Positions 1-9,616 are shown, numbered from the stretch's first letter. The stretch: 64,000 nt of DNA from an uncultured Gammaproteobacteria bacterium (GCA_964628885.1 CAZVMP010000001.1:43459-107458), one strand, 5' to 3'. The notes: generated by a model not told the origin, from the letters alone. Made by a program: numbers and translations.

Positions 1-70
1 AAGGGAATTTTGTTTTGACCTACCTTAATTGCCATTTCAGTCTCAATTCCATAACGATTTGATTTCCAAA

Positions 71-565
71 TTATTTTTTTATAAACCTCTTTTCTAAATC
101 CCAAAAAACCACACAACAAATCTTTTCTTTTAATATTAATATTTTTTCTATTAATAATTTAGCAAATTTATTACCGTTTCTTCTTATCCATGGTGATTTT
201 TTATTCAAAAGTCTATAGCCAAATACAATTGGGTATTTCTCTAATTCCTTTGTAAATTTAGGTAAATATTTTGGATTATGTTGACCATCAGCATCTATAA
301 ACACTATCGCCGTTCCTCCTAGTTTCCAAGCAATTTTTACCCCCGTCTTCATCGCTGCCCCCTTACCTAAATTCACTACATGATTAGCTATAATGACTCT
401 TTTATTTTTAACAAAACTTTTTTTTAGTATTTTTAATGAATCATCACTAGAACCATCGTTTACTAATATGATTTTAATTTCCTTGTCTACTAATAAAATT
501 TTATTTACCGTTTCTACCGCTCTATATTCTTCATTATAAATTGGAACAACAACAAAAATATTCAT
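71..565 (-). CDS. Glycosyltransferase family 2 (DPM1-like), N-terminal part; reading frame breaks in an A/T homopolymer region near 110-160 and the C-terminal part continues in another frame to the window edge
   Basis: Translation carries the GT2 signature 'VVVPIYNEE ... IILVNDGSSDDS ... FIDADGQH'. On the minus strand a second frame over 1-158 reads '...CGFLGFRKEVYKKIIWKSNRYGIETEMAIKVGQNKIP', the conserved GT2 C-terminal (SGFRAFRREV-like) region. So this is one gene split by a frameshift. Confidence 0.7.
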   Translation of the reverse strand: MNIFVVVPIYNEEYRAVETVNKILLVDKEIKIILVNDGSSDDSLKILKKSFVKNKRVIIANHVVNLGKGAAMKTGVKIAWKLGGTAIVFIDADGQHNPKYLPKFTKELEKYPIVFGYRLLNKKSPWIRRNGNKFAKLLIEKILILKEKICCVVFWDLEKRFIKK

Positions 566-839
566 ATCTAATATTTTCTACCTTAAATTAATTTTATAAA
601 CATCATAACACCCACTTTTTACCTGTGTTAAAACAAACTCATTATAACCCCAAAATCCATATTTTTTAAAAAACTTAATCACTTCCAAAATCTATCACAC
701 TAATAAACTTTTATCTACCATAATTTATCTTACAACCTATCTCCACCCAAAACCCTTATATCAACTGATTTACTTTCTCCTATATTTACGATATAGTTCG
801 TTATACTCTTATCTATTCCTCCCCAGATGAAATTAAGAA

Positions 840-3647
840 ATGGATTCAGTTGATAGTCAACAATTTGAACTATTAAATCAGATTCAAAATAATCTATTAG
901 GTAATGACCAGTTTTTTTCCCTTTATCTTGTCCTATCCCTACCCTTACCAGTTTCTTGGCGTCTAACACTTTACAACTTTCTAATTTCTCTACCCAAACC
1001 TTTCTCTTCTCCTCTTTGGTTAACCCTAATTATAGTACTTAGTCCACTTTTAATCCTTCTTCTCCTTTTTATCTTATACAAACTAATTTTAAAACTAATA
1101 AGAAATATCCCAAAAATTTTGTCCCTGTTTGGCGCTAAACCAGAAACTAAAAAGACTCTCCAATTAATCTTTCCTGCCGATACCAGTAAGTCAGCTTATG
1201 CCACCGAAGAACTTTTTAGCCTGCTTCACAGTCTTTCCCGTCAGTTAACTTTTAAAGATCGACTCTTTCAAAGAAAAAACGAATATTCTCTAGAAATAGT
1301 CTCCAGCAAAATTGATGGTATTCGCTATTTACTCTCCGCCGACTCAAAATTTATTCAAATTATCAAACACCATCTTTTATCCTACTTGCCCGGAATTAAA
1401 ATTAAAGAGGTCAATAACTATTTTACTGTCAAAAAAATAGCTAAAACTAAAGTTAAACTAATTGAACTTAAACAAGCCAATCATTTTGCCCTGCCGCTAG
1501 AAGACCAAAAGACCTTGTCAGAAAATGACCCGATAACCTATCTAACCGGAGCTATGACTAATTTAGCTGCCAAAAACTTAATCTGCTATCAAATAGTAGT
1601 CACTCCCATAATTAATCAATTCCACTCCAAGGTAGTCAGAGAACTAAGTGAGTTTAAGAATCGTCTTTACCAGAAATTACCTTTAACCGAAAAATTATTT
1701 AAAACTGGTTTTCAAAAACTGGAAGACGTACCAATACTATCTATATTTTATTTTTTGATAAAAGCAGTTTGTAAAATAATCTCAACTGTTGTCATTTTTG
1801 TTTTCAGTATGATAATTGGCTTTTTTGACACCTCCGGTAAGTTAGTCCCTTTTTTACAAAGAAAAGATATTTCACCCCAAGAAATTTTAAATCCTTATGA
1901 AAAACAGCTAGCAGTGGTGGTTAAAAATAAGATTGATTCTTCTTTGTTTGAAACCTCTATAAAAATCTTAATAATTGCTCAGAACAACAAGGATATTAAC
2001 ACTCGAGTTAGTGGTCTTTTGGCTAGTTTTGGCCAATTAAGTAGTTCTCACCAATCATTAATAAGAAAAAAATACTTGTTTAAAAATTTAAAAAATAGCT
2101 TAAAACAATTTGGCCAAAAAAGTTTATCAAAAGATACCACTCTTAACCCCAATCCGATTTTATCAATTTCTGAGCTAAGCGACCTTTATCATTTCCCTTA
2201 TGGCAAGAAGACTAAAAGTGAAGGCTTAGTTACCAGCCATAGCCCAGAGCTACCTTCTCCACTATCAGTTAAAAACAATCCTAGTCTAGATGTCGTCTTT
2301 GGTAAAAATAGATATGGAGAAAATGAAAGCAATATCGGTTTAACTGATGATGACCGTTCTCGCCATGTCTATACTATCGGTCAGACCGGTTTGGGTAAAA
2401 TTACCATTATTTTCCATATGGCCAAAGATGATATTCAAAAAGGCCGAGGAGTAGCTGTAATTGACCCTCATGGCGATTTAGCCCAAGACCTACTTTACAC
2501 TGTCCCCAAAAATAGATTTGATGACTGTATTTACCTTAATCCCTTTGATCTTAAATATCCCATTGGAATTAATCTAATAGAGCTGAAAGTCTCTGATGAT
2601 GAAGATGAGTTAGAACAGGAAAAAGAGTTGGTTTGTGAAAGTGTTATCTCAATTTTTAGAAGACTATTTTCCAGTAAAGAAAGTAGTGATTCTCATCGAA
2701 TTGAATACATTCTGCGTAATACTATTTATACTGCCTTTACCGTCAAAGACTCTACTATCTTTACTGTTTATGATTTGCTTAACGATCCCAACTTTAGAAA
2801 AACAATAATTTCAAATTTAGAAAATAAAAATCTGGTTAACTTTTGGAAAAATGAATTTGGTAAGGCAGGGAACTATCAGGCGGTTAAAATGGTTTCTGGA
2901 GTAACCGCCAAAATTGGTCGCTTCTTATTTTCCCCAACTGCCAAAAGAATGCTAGAGCAACCTAAATCTACCATTAATTTTGATGAAATTATTGATAAAG
3001 GCAAGATTTTAATTTGTAATTTAGCCGAAGGAAAACTAGGCGAAGATACCTCCCAACTTTTAGGCACCACCATTATTGCCAAACTTCAGCAATCATTTAT
3101 GAGAAGAGTTAGAACCAGGGCCTCAAAAAGAATTCCTTTCTATTTATTTGTTGATGAATTTCAAAACTTTGCCACCAGCTCCTTTAGTAAACTTCTCTCC
3201 GGTGGCCGAAAGTTTGGGCTAAGACTAACTATTGCCCAGCAATCAACCGCTCAACAGAATGATAGAAACATAGTTAATATTATCTTAGCTAATACCGGTA
3301 CCATTGTTTGTTTTAGAACCGCCAGCCCAATTGACGAGCAGTTAATGTTAGACCAGTTTTCCCCTTATGTTAAAAAGGGTGATATTGGTAATTTACCCCG
3401 ATTTAACTTCTATCTGAAGTTGTCAGCTATTAAACCGGAAGAGCCTTTTTCGGGTGAAACCATTCCTATAGTTTTAGACAGAGATGAAAACAGATTTAAT
3501 CAACTAATTAAAACTTCAAGAAAAAACTGGGCGAGAGCTTATCAAAAAGAAGTTAATAAAGTAACAAAATCAGAAAAGAAAACAGAAGTTAAAGAGGTTA
3601 AAAAACCTTTTCAAGAAGTATCTAACAAGAGAAAAATATCGGTATAG
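840..3647 (+). CDS. VirD4/TraG/TraD-like type IV coupling protein / AAA_10 (DUF87-like) ATPase, 935 aa, with N-terminal TM helices
   Basis: Hydrophobic N-terminal segments; P-loop-like 'TIGQTGLGKITII'; 'VAVIDPHGDL' (the DPxGE/D motif of TraG/VirB4/HerA-type ATPases); Walker B 'FYLFVDEFQNF'; 'GRKFGLRLTIAQQSTAQ' conserved C-terminal block. Family assignment is from motif recognition only. Confidence 0.6.
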   Translation: MDSVDSQQFELLNQIQNNLLGNDQFFSLYLVLSLPLPVSWRLTLYNFLISLPKPFSSPLWLTLIIVLSPLLILLLLFILYKLILKLIRNIPKILSLFGAKPETKKTLQLIFPADTSKSAYATEELFSLLHSLSRQLTFKDRLFQRKNEYSLEIVSSKIDGIRYLLSADSKFIQIIKHHLLSYLPGIKIKEVNNYFTVKKIAKTKVKLIELKQANHFALPLEDQKTLSENDPITYLTGAMTNLAAKNLICYQIVVTPIINQFHSKVVRELSEFKNRLYQKLPLTEKLFKTGFQKLEDVPILSIFYFLIKAVCKIISTVVIFVFSMIIGFFDTSGKLVPFLQRKDISPQEILNPYEKQLAVVVKNKIDSSLFETSIKILIIAQNNKDINTRVSGLLASFGQLSSSHQSLIRKKYLFKNLKNSLKQFGQKSLSKDTTLNPNPILSISELSDLYHFPYGKKTKSEGLVTSHSPELPSPLSVKNNPSLDVVFGKNRYGENESNIGLTDDDRSRHVYTIGQTGLGKITIIFHMAKDDIQKGRGVAVIDPHGDLAQDLLYTVPKNRFDDCIYLNPFDLKYPIGINLIELKVSDDEDELEQEKELVCESVISIFRRLFSSKESSDSHRIEYILRNTIYTAFTVKDSTIFTVYDLLNDPNFRKTIISNLENKNLVNFWKNEFGKAGNYQAVKMVSGVTAKIGRFLFSPTAKRMLEQPKSTINFDEIIDKGKILICNLAEGKLGEDTSQLLGTTIIAKLQQSFMRRVRTRASKRIPFYLFVDEFQNFATSSFSKLLSGGRKFGLRLTIAQQSTAQQNDRNIVNIILANTGTIVCFRTASPIDEQLMLDQFSPYVKKGDIGNLPRFNFYLKLSAIKPEEPFSGETIPIVLDRDENRFNQLIKTSRKNWARAYQKEVNKVTKSEKKTEVKEVKKPFQEVSNKRKISV

Positions 3648-3786
3648 CCGTCTATACCAAAAATATTTAATATTTATATGGAAAATACAATAAAAAGCAA
3701 TTTTAACTTTCCCTTCTTTACTCTTACTAAAGTAAGAGAGTGAATAAATAAAAGACTCTCTTGGGGGTTTCTAGAATAAAAAAAAG

Positions 3787-4524
3787 ATGAAAAATAAAAT
3801 AACTAAAAAACAAAAAGAAATAATAGTCCTGCTATATCGGTTTAGATTCTTAAATAGATATCAAATACAACAAATTCTAAATCATAAAAAACCACATCGA
3901 ATTAACCAGTGGTTAAAAAGCTTAGTTGATAAAAAAATAATTGGCAAAAATTATTCTAAAAAAATTGGTGACAATACTAAACCAGCAATCTATTACTTAG
4001 CAGTAAAAAGTAAAAGTTATTTAGCTGATCAACTTAAAGAAGATGATAAGTTAATAAAACGGATTTATGGTGAATCAAAAAGAAGTTTAAGGTTTATTAA
4101 TCATTGTTTAATCTCTGCCAATTTTTATCTAGAACTTAAAAAAACACATTTGTCAAAAGATATATTTTTCTATACTAAAGTTGATTTGTTAAGCCATGAC
4201 TATTTACCAGATAACCTGCCAGATGCTTATGTGGCTATCAAAGAAGGTAAAGATATCAAACGTTACTTTTTTGAAATAATTGATCAAGATACTCCTAGGT
4301 TTGCGATAAGAGCTAAGATTAAACAATACCTAGATTATTATGATAATAATACTTGGCAGGAAGTAACTAAACATCCTTTTCCAAGAATTCTTATCCTTTG
4401 TCCCAATAAGGTCATTAAAAAATATTTATCTAATTTTATCCCCAGAATTGCAGCCGAGGAGAATCAACCAGATGTTAATTTTTATCTCTCGGCTAAATTA
4501 TCAAAATGGTGGAGTGCTGTTTAA
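3787..4524 (+). CDS. Replication-relaxation (Replic_Relax, PF13814-like) family protein
   Basis: N-terminal winged-helix pattern 'QKEIIVLLYRFRFLNRYQIQQIL' is typical of replication-relaxation proteins of plasmids and ICEs. It lies directly downstream of the coupling ATPase. Confidence 0.55.
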   Translation: MKNKITKKQKEIIVLLYRFRFLNRYQIQQILNHKKPHRINQWLKSLVDKKIIGKNYSKKIGDNTKPAIYYLAVKSKSYLADQLKEDDKLIKRIYGESKRSLRFINHCLISANFYLELKKTHLSKDIFFYTKVDLLSHDYLPDNLPDAYVAIKEGKDIKRYFFEIIDQDTPRFAIRAKIKQYLDYYDNNTWQEVTKHPFPRILILCPNKVIKKYLSNFIPRIAAEENQPDVNFYLSAKLSKWWSAV

Positions 4525-4823
4525 CACCTAACCTGACTAAAAGGACGAGATTTAAAATATAAATCACGTTCTATTCCTAAACCAAAAGGGCCTTTTAAAC
4601 TCTCAAGCTCAGTAAGTGAAAAGTATCCCCATTCATCGTTATTATCTCCAAAGATAGAAACATATCCAAAAAACATTTTTTCAACTGGATTGTATTCGGT
4701 AGCATACCAGGTACCAGCACCAGTTGGATTAAAAAACTTAGCAATAACTACTGGGTCTTTTTTATCTTCTTGATTTCCTATTTGTTCAAATTTTTTTAAA
4801 AGTTCCTTTGTTAATAGCTTCAT
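4521..4823 (-). CDS. DUF2958 family protein (phage/plasmid-associated small protein)
   Basis: 'MKLLTKELLKKFEQIGNQED..DPVVIAKFFNPTGAGTWYATEYNP...GYFSLTELESLKGPFGLGIERDLYF' matches the conserved DUF2958 pattern. There is an AAGGAG RBS 8 nt upstream on the minus strand. Confidence 0.6.
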   Translation of the reverse strand: MKLLTKELLKKFEQIGNQEDKKDPVVIAKFFNPTGAGTWYATEYNPVEKMFFGYVSIFGDNNDEWGYFSLTELESLKGPFGLGIERDLYFKSRPFSQVRC

Positions 4824-4862
4824 TCTATTTTCTCCTTATTTTTTTTAAAAATATTAATAATT

Positions 4863-4889
4863 TAGGTAGGCTGTCTGCCCGCCTACCTA
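4863..4889. other. Perfect 9-bp inverted repeat hairpin (TAGGTAGGC-N9-GCCTACCTA) at the island/chromosome boundary
   Basis: Seen directly in the sequence. It lies between the convergent ends of the DUF2958 gene and the FN3-repeat gene. It is not followed by a clean U-tract on either strand. Confidence 0.4.
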
Positions 4890-5039
4890 AATTAAAAAGA
4901 AATATAAAAAAGCGGGGTGAAATTTGGCAAGGGCAAACGAAGTGCAGTTTATTGGAGTGAAACGGAAACCCTTGCCAAAAGAGGGGGAAGACCCCTTAAA
5001 AAAAGATATTTTTGTTTTTTAAAAAAACACCTAGATACT

Positions 5040-5879
5040 TCATTTAGTTATAAATACAAAAGGCGTTCCATTATTATCAAAGACTTTATCCCTAATCCTG
5101 ATTCGATAATAATAACTTGTTCCTGATCGAAGATATGATAATAAAATCCTATGATCTGTTGTCATCGAACTTTCAGCTGACATTAACACTAAACTTGCCG
5201 CCGTTATTCCATATTCGACTTTAGCAACTGATGGCTCACTTGAGGTAAAAATTATGGTTGCTGATTTACCGTCTGATCCTGGAGTGGCTCTTACGTTACT
5301 TATTAATAAACTATTTTCTATTTTATTTTCAATTGCTTGATTCTTGGTGATAAAAAAATAAGGTATTCCGTTATTATCAAAAGTTTTATCCCCAACTTTA
5401 ATTCGATAATAATAACTTGTTCCCGGTCTTAATGAGCTAAGAAATATTTGGTGAGTGTTCGTTCTTATAGTGCTTGCTGACATTAACACCAAACTTGCCG
5501 CCGTGGTGCCGTATTCAATTCTAGCCGAATTTGGCTCACTTAAAGTAAAAGTTATGGTTGCTGTTTTACCATCTGAACCAAGAGAAACAGAAATATTAGT
5601 TATTAATGTTGGATTATTACTGACGCTTGTTTGACCTAAATCAGAGTCTCGAGTTGTTTGTCCGACATTAATAACTGGAAGGGTTGGAGAAGTTATTACG
5701 TTCGGACAATATTTATCAGTTAATGAACTAAGAATATTACAAAAAGTGGAATTATAACCGGTGGTAGCTCCTAAAACATTTTTCTTAGAATTATTTATTA
5801 TTCTATTTACTTGCAAAGTTGCTAGAAAAAAAATTGAAAAAATAAAACTTACGATAAGGGTTTTTCTAATATAATCCAT
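5040..5879 (-). CDS. Secreted protein with two tandem fibronectin type III-like (purple-acid-phosphatase-N-like) domains
   Basis: N-terminal signal peptide 'LIVSFIFSIFFLATLQV'. Two ~85-aa repeats ('GSDGK[ST]ATI.FT.SEP..A..EYG.TAASLVLMSA ... GTSYYYRI...DK.FDNNG.P..FITK'). The repeat is also visible at DNA level (~5040-5330 vs ~5355-5640). Confidence 0.6.
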   Translation of the reverse strand: MDYIRKTLIVSFIFSIFFLATLQVNRIINNSKKNVLGATTGYNSTFCNILSSLTDKYCPNVITSPTLPVINVGQTTRDSDLGQTSVSNNPTLITNISVSLGSDGKTATITFTLSEPNSARIEYGTTAASLVLMSASTIRTNTHQIFLSSLRPGTSYYYRIKVGDKTFDNNGIPYFFITKNQAIENKIENSLLISNVRATPGSDGKSATIIFTSSEPSVAKVEYGITAASLVLMSAESSMTTDHRILLSYLRSGTSYYYRIRIRDKVFDNNGTPFVFITK

Positions 5880-6053
5880 AGCAAATTACCAACTAAAAAA
5901 GGTTATAGCTTAAACTAATAATCTATATATCTAATAAAATATTATCATTTTCTGTTTAACAAATTAATACTAATGACCTAAAACTTCTTAAAAACCTTAG
6001 TGATGAACAATAAAATTTTTAGCTTATCCAACTACATGCTAATATGATCTTGT

Positions 6054-6515
6054 ATGAGTTTTTTGCCACAGGAAGAATGTTTTGTTTGTAATCGAATTAA
6101 GTTGATTAAAGAGGATAAAAACAAATATTTTGTTAAGGAAATGAAAACAGGTTACGTGGTCATGTCTGATTTTCAATATTTTTATGGATACACAATTTTT
6201 TTATCTAAATTACATGTAACCGAGTTACATAATTTAGGTAAAAAGAGAGAATTGTTCTTAAATGAAATGGCGATTGTAGCTGAGGCGGTAATTAAAGCTT
6301 TTAAGCCTAAAAAACTAAACTATGAATTGCTTGGAAATAGCGACTCTCATACACATTGGCACCTAATTCCCAGGTATGGAAATGATCCAAAACCAGACAC
6401 GGCGATTTGGGCAATTAACTACTCGATAAGGTGTAGTGATAAATCTCGACCAACGGACCCTGAGTTAAATAAAATGAAAAAGAAACTAATCTCAGAGCTG
6501 GATAAATTAATCTAA
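6054..6515 (+). CDS. HIT (histidine triad) family hydrolase
   Basis: Histidine triad 'HTHWHLIPR' and an N-terminal 'CFVC' zinc-binding-like motif. Confidence 0.75.
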   Translation: MSFLPQEECFVCNRIKLIKEDKNKYFVKEMKTGYVVMSDFQYFYGYTIFLSKLHVTELHNLGKKRELFLNEMAIVAEAVIKAFKPKKLNYELLGNSDSHTHWHLIPRYGNDPKPDTAIWAINYSIRCSDKSRPTDPELNKMKKKLISELDKLI

Positions 6516-6576
6516 CTCTCAAGATTTAATTTTATTAACAAACTTTTTCTCTATTAATATTTTGTTAAAATAGCCC

Positions 6577-7629
6577 ATGGTTAAGTTTAATTTCTTAATA
6601 CTAACTGCCGCGACTTTTTTCCTCTCCCTACTAGACACCTATTTTTACCCAGGATTTAGTCAAAAACATTTTAATCTCAACCCTGATCTTATCTTACTAA
6701 TATGGATATCAATTACTTTACTTGTATCACTCATTAATAAAAATATATTTTACGATTGGTTTAAAAAAATAAACAATCGATTTTTATTTCCTTTTTTATT
6801 AATTTTTTATGGTGTTATTTTATTTTTTGAAAAAAATAATTATCCAAACTTCGTCTTTACCTTCTTTCATGTCCATCGTTTATTACTTCTAAACCTAGTT
6901 ATCATCTCAGGAATTATTTTTTACATTTCATATCCAAAATTTATCAATAAATTCAACCAAAGAGCCTATTTACTTGCTCCACTTTTAATTACTATTTCTT
7001 ACTTTTTTTATTTTTACAACGGAGATATTTTTTTTAAACTAATACAAGAAGATGGCTATTATGAATATTTACAATTTTTTCTTTATCTTTTTTCTTCCAT
7101 TTTATCTACCAAAATATTTTTAAAATATAAAGAAAAGTCAAAATCCAAAATACATATAATTTTTTTCTTATTACTTAGTCTTGGATTATTTTTTGTTGCT
7201 GGTGAAGAAATTTCTTGGGGTCAAAGAATTTTTAATATCCAAACACCACCAAATTATGCTGCAATTAATACTCAAAAAGAAATAACTATTCACAACTTAA
7301 ATTACATGCAAAAAATTTTACATTCATCCTACATTCTTGTAGCTTTATACGGATTACTTTCTAATTATATTTTAAGAAAATTATTTCCTAAAAAATATCA
7401 AAAATATTACCAGTTAACCCTTCCTTTTTCTTTAACTTTTTATTTTCTAGCCCTATTTATCCACTATGTCTTACATGATTATTTTCAATTTATGTATATC
7501 CTAACTCCTGATTTACGTGCCAACATGTTTCTCTCACAAGAAATTGTTGAAACTTATCTTTCAATTGCCATGTTTTTATATACCTACAAAACCTATAAAA
7601 CCATTAACAATAAAAAAGCACTTTCTTAA
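6577..7629 (+). CDS. Polytopic integral membrane protein of unknown function (paralog of 61803..62858)
   Basis: About 10 hydrophobic segments. It shares the motif 'GEEISWGQRIFNIQTP...EITIHN' with the minus-strand protein at 61803..62858 ('LEEISYGQRIFGWKTP...EINIHN'), and both also carry 'EDGYYEYLQF / EDAILEYMQF'. Confidence 0.6.
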   Translation: MVKFNFLILTAATFFLSLLDTYFYPGFSQKHFNLNPDLILLIWISITLLVSLINKNIFYDWFKKINNRFLFPFLLIFYGVILFFEKNNYPNFVFTFFHVHRLLLLNLVIISGIIFYISYPKFINKFNQRAYLLAPLLITISYFFYFYNGDIFFKLIQEDGYYEYLQFFLYLFSSILSTKIFLKYKEKSKSKIHIIFFLLLSLGLFFVAGEEISWGQRIFNIQTPPNYAAINTQKEITIHNLNYMQKILHSSYILVALYGLLSNYILRKLFPKKYQKYYQLTLPFSLTFYFLALFIHYVLHDYFQFMYILTPDLRANMFLSQEIVETYLSIAMFLYTYKTYKTINNKKALS

Positions 7630-7679
7630 TAACCTTTCTAGTATAATTACTTTATCCATATTAATGTTAAAATCCAAAC

Positions 7680-8318
7680 ATGGAAAAAATTATGTCAAAA
7701 GAAACCTTAAAATTAGAAAAACCTGTCTTCATTGGTGTTTCCGGACCCTCTGGGGCTGGAAAAGATTATTTAATCTCTGCCAGTGGTCAGCAATTTAATC
7801 AAATGGGGATTACCACAAAGGTCGTCCAAATGACAACCGAAAGACCTGATCGAGGAGCTGGAGTAGAAACAAAAATTTGTATTTCATCAGATGAATACAC
7901 TAAATTAGAAAACGATAACCAGTTAATCGGCAGTCATCAAAACGGTGAATACCGTTATGGTTATAAACAATCTGATATTCTCCAAGCTACTCAAGAATGC
8001 CAAAATGGCGGAATTGTCTTTATTGAATTAAACCCTTTTGCTCAACCAGATTTTCCAAACGAATTAAAAACCAAAATGAATGTTGATATGATTGCTTGGA
8101 TTGGTGTCCAAAACACCCTAAAACAAACAGAAATCAGTATGAGGGAAAGAGGTGAGTCTGAGGATTCTATTAAAGAAAGAATTGCTAAGGTTAAAAAATA
8201 TTATGACGCCATGGCCGACAACCCTTTTATTTCCTATGTTGACAATGGCCCAACTAATCGCACCGGCTCAACTGGAGATTTTGTTAAAATAATTAAAGAC
8301 AAAATAGAAAATTTATAA
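7680..8318 (+). CDS. P-loop NMP kinase, guanylate kinase-like
   Basis: Walker A 'GVSGPSGAGKDYL' followed by 'TTERPDRGAGVE' (compare Gmk 'TTRPPRPGE') and 'NGEYRYGYK' (compare 'G.YYGT'). Confidence 0.5.
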   Translation: MEKIMSKETLKLEKPVFIGVSGPSGAGKDYLISASGQQFNQMGITTKVVQMTTERPDRGAGVETKICISSDEYTKLENDNQLIGSHQNGEYRYGYKQSDILQATQECQNGGIVFIELNPFAQPDFPNELKTKMNVDMIAWIGVQNTLKQTEISMRERGESEDSIKERIAKVKKYYDAMADNPFISYVDNGPTNRTGSTGDFVKIIKDKIENL

Positions 8319-8319
8319 T

Positions 8320-9615
8320 ATGCATAAAATTGCTGTTATTGGAGTTGGTTATGTTGGTTTAGTTACTAGCACCTGTTTTGCCCAGCTTGGTAATCAAGTT
8401 ATTGGCCTTGATATTGATAGTCAAAAAATAGCTAATCTTAAGAAAGGAATTATTCCTATCTATGAAGAAGGTTTGACCAAAATGGTTAAAGAAAATCTTA
8501 AATCCGGCAACCTTTCTTTTACTACTGATTTTAAAACTGCTGTTCAAAACTCCGATATTATTTTTATTGCTGTTGGCACTCCACCGCTTCCTGATGGTAG
8601 TGTTAACTTAAGTTATGTCAAGAATGCTGCCGAATCTATTGGTAAAAACATCAACGGCTATAAGGTAATTATTAATAAATCTACTGTTCCTATTGGTACT
8701 GGCGATGTTGTTAAAAATATTATCAAACGCGTCTACAAAGGTAGCTTTGATGTCGTTTCTAATCCTGAATTTCTCCGTGAAGGTAGTGCAGTGGCTGATT
8801 TTATGAACCCTGACCGAATTATTATTGGCAGCGACTCTCCAAAATCTAAAGAAATTATTAATAAACTTTATGCTCCTCAAAATTCTCCCATCGTTAATAC
8901 TGATATTAAAACTGCCGAGTTAATTAAATATGCTTCTAATGCTTTTTTAGCCACTTCCATTTCTTTTATCAACTCTGTTGCTAATATCTGCGAAAAAATT
9001 GGAGCTGATGTCAACAACGTTTCTTTAGGGATGAAACTTGATCCTCGTATTGGTCAAAAAGCCTTTTTAGCTGCTGGAGTTGGTTATGGTGGTAGCTGTT
9101 TTCCTAAAGACGTCAAAGGATTAATTCAAATTGCTCATGAAAATAAAGTTAGTTTTGATATTCTTGACGCCGTTGAAACTACTAATTTAGCTCAAAAAAA
9201 ATCCCTTCTTCCCAAAATTCAAAGTCTTCTGGACAGTGACTTAAATAATAAAAATATTACTATTTGGGGACTAGCTTTTAAGCCTAATACTGATGATGTT
9301 CGAGAAGCTCCCTCACTAACCATTGTTAAACAATTAGTCGATAGGGGAGCCGTCGTTACTGCCGTTGACCCCATTGCTACTGATAACTTTAAAAAATTTT
9401 TTGATGGTCAAATAAAATATCAGACTGATCTGATAAAATCAGTTACTAATGCCGATTGTCTGGTTATTGTTACCCAATGGCCTGAATTCAAAAACGTCAA
9501 TCTTAGCCAAGTCAAAAAAGTTATGAAACATCCCAATATCATTGATGGTCGCAATCTCTTTGACCCAAAAATTATCAAAAAACTTGGTTTTAATTATATT
9601 TCCGTTGGCCGCTGA
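8320..9615 (+). CDS. ugd: UDP-glucose 6-dehydrogenase
   Basis: N-terminal Rossmann 'KIAVIGVGYVGLVTSTCFAQLGNQVIGLDID', catalytic 'GGSCFPKD', and typical length 431 aa. Confidence 0.9.
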   Translation: MHKIAVIGVGYVGLVTSTCFAQLGNQVIGLDIDSQKIANLKKGIIPIYEEGLTKMVKENLKSGNLSFTTDFKTAVQNSDIIFIAVGTPPLPDGSVNLSYVKNAAESIGKNINGYKVIINKSTVPIGTGDVVKNIIKRVYKGSFDVVSNPEFLREGSAVADFMNPDRIIIGSDSPKSKEIINKLYAPQNSPIVNTDIKTAELIKYASNAFLATSISFINSVANICEKIGADVNNVSLGMKLDPRIGQKAFLAAGVGYGGSCFPKDVKGLIQIAHENKVSFDILDAVETTNLAQKKSLLPKIQSLLDSDLNNKNITIWGLAFKPNTDDVREAPSLTIVKQLVDRGAVVTAVDPIATDNFKKFFDGQIKYQTDLIKSVTNADCLVIVTQWPEFKNVNLSQVKKVMKHPNIIDGRNLFDPKIIKKLGFNYISVGR

Positions 9616-9616
9616 C

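Noticed and set aside
730-969. 79-aa minus-strand ORF overlapping the start of the 935-aa ATPase gene
   Set aside because: It is antisense to the start of a strongly supported gene and has no recognisable features.
2876-3082. 68-aa minus-strand ORF inside the coupling-ATPase gene
   Set aside because: It is an antisense ORF within a supported gene.
4917-5126. 69-aa plus-strand ORF
   Set aside because: It overlaps the structured intergenic region and the 3' end of the FN3-repeat gene, with no RBS or motif. The region is treated as a possible RNA or regulatory element instead.
7517-7798. 93-aa ORF overlapping the end of the membrane protein gene and the start of the gmk-like gene
   Set aside because: It overlaps two better-supported genes in other frames, has a low-complexity translation and no motif. 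It is most likely a spurious ORF in AT-rich sequence.
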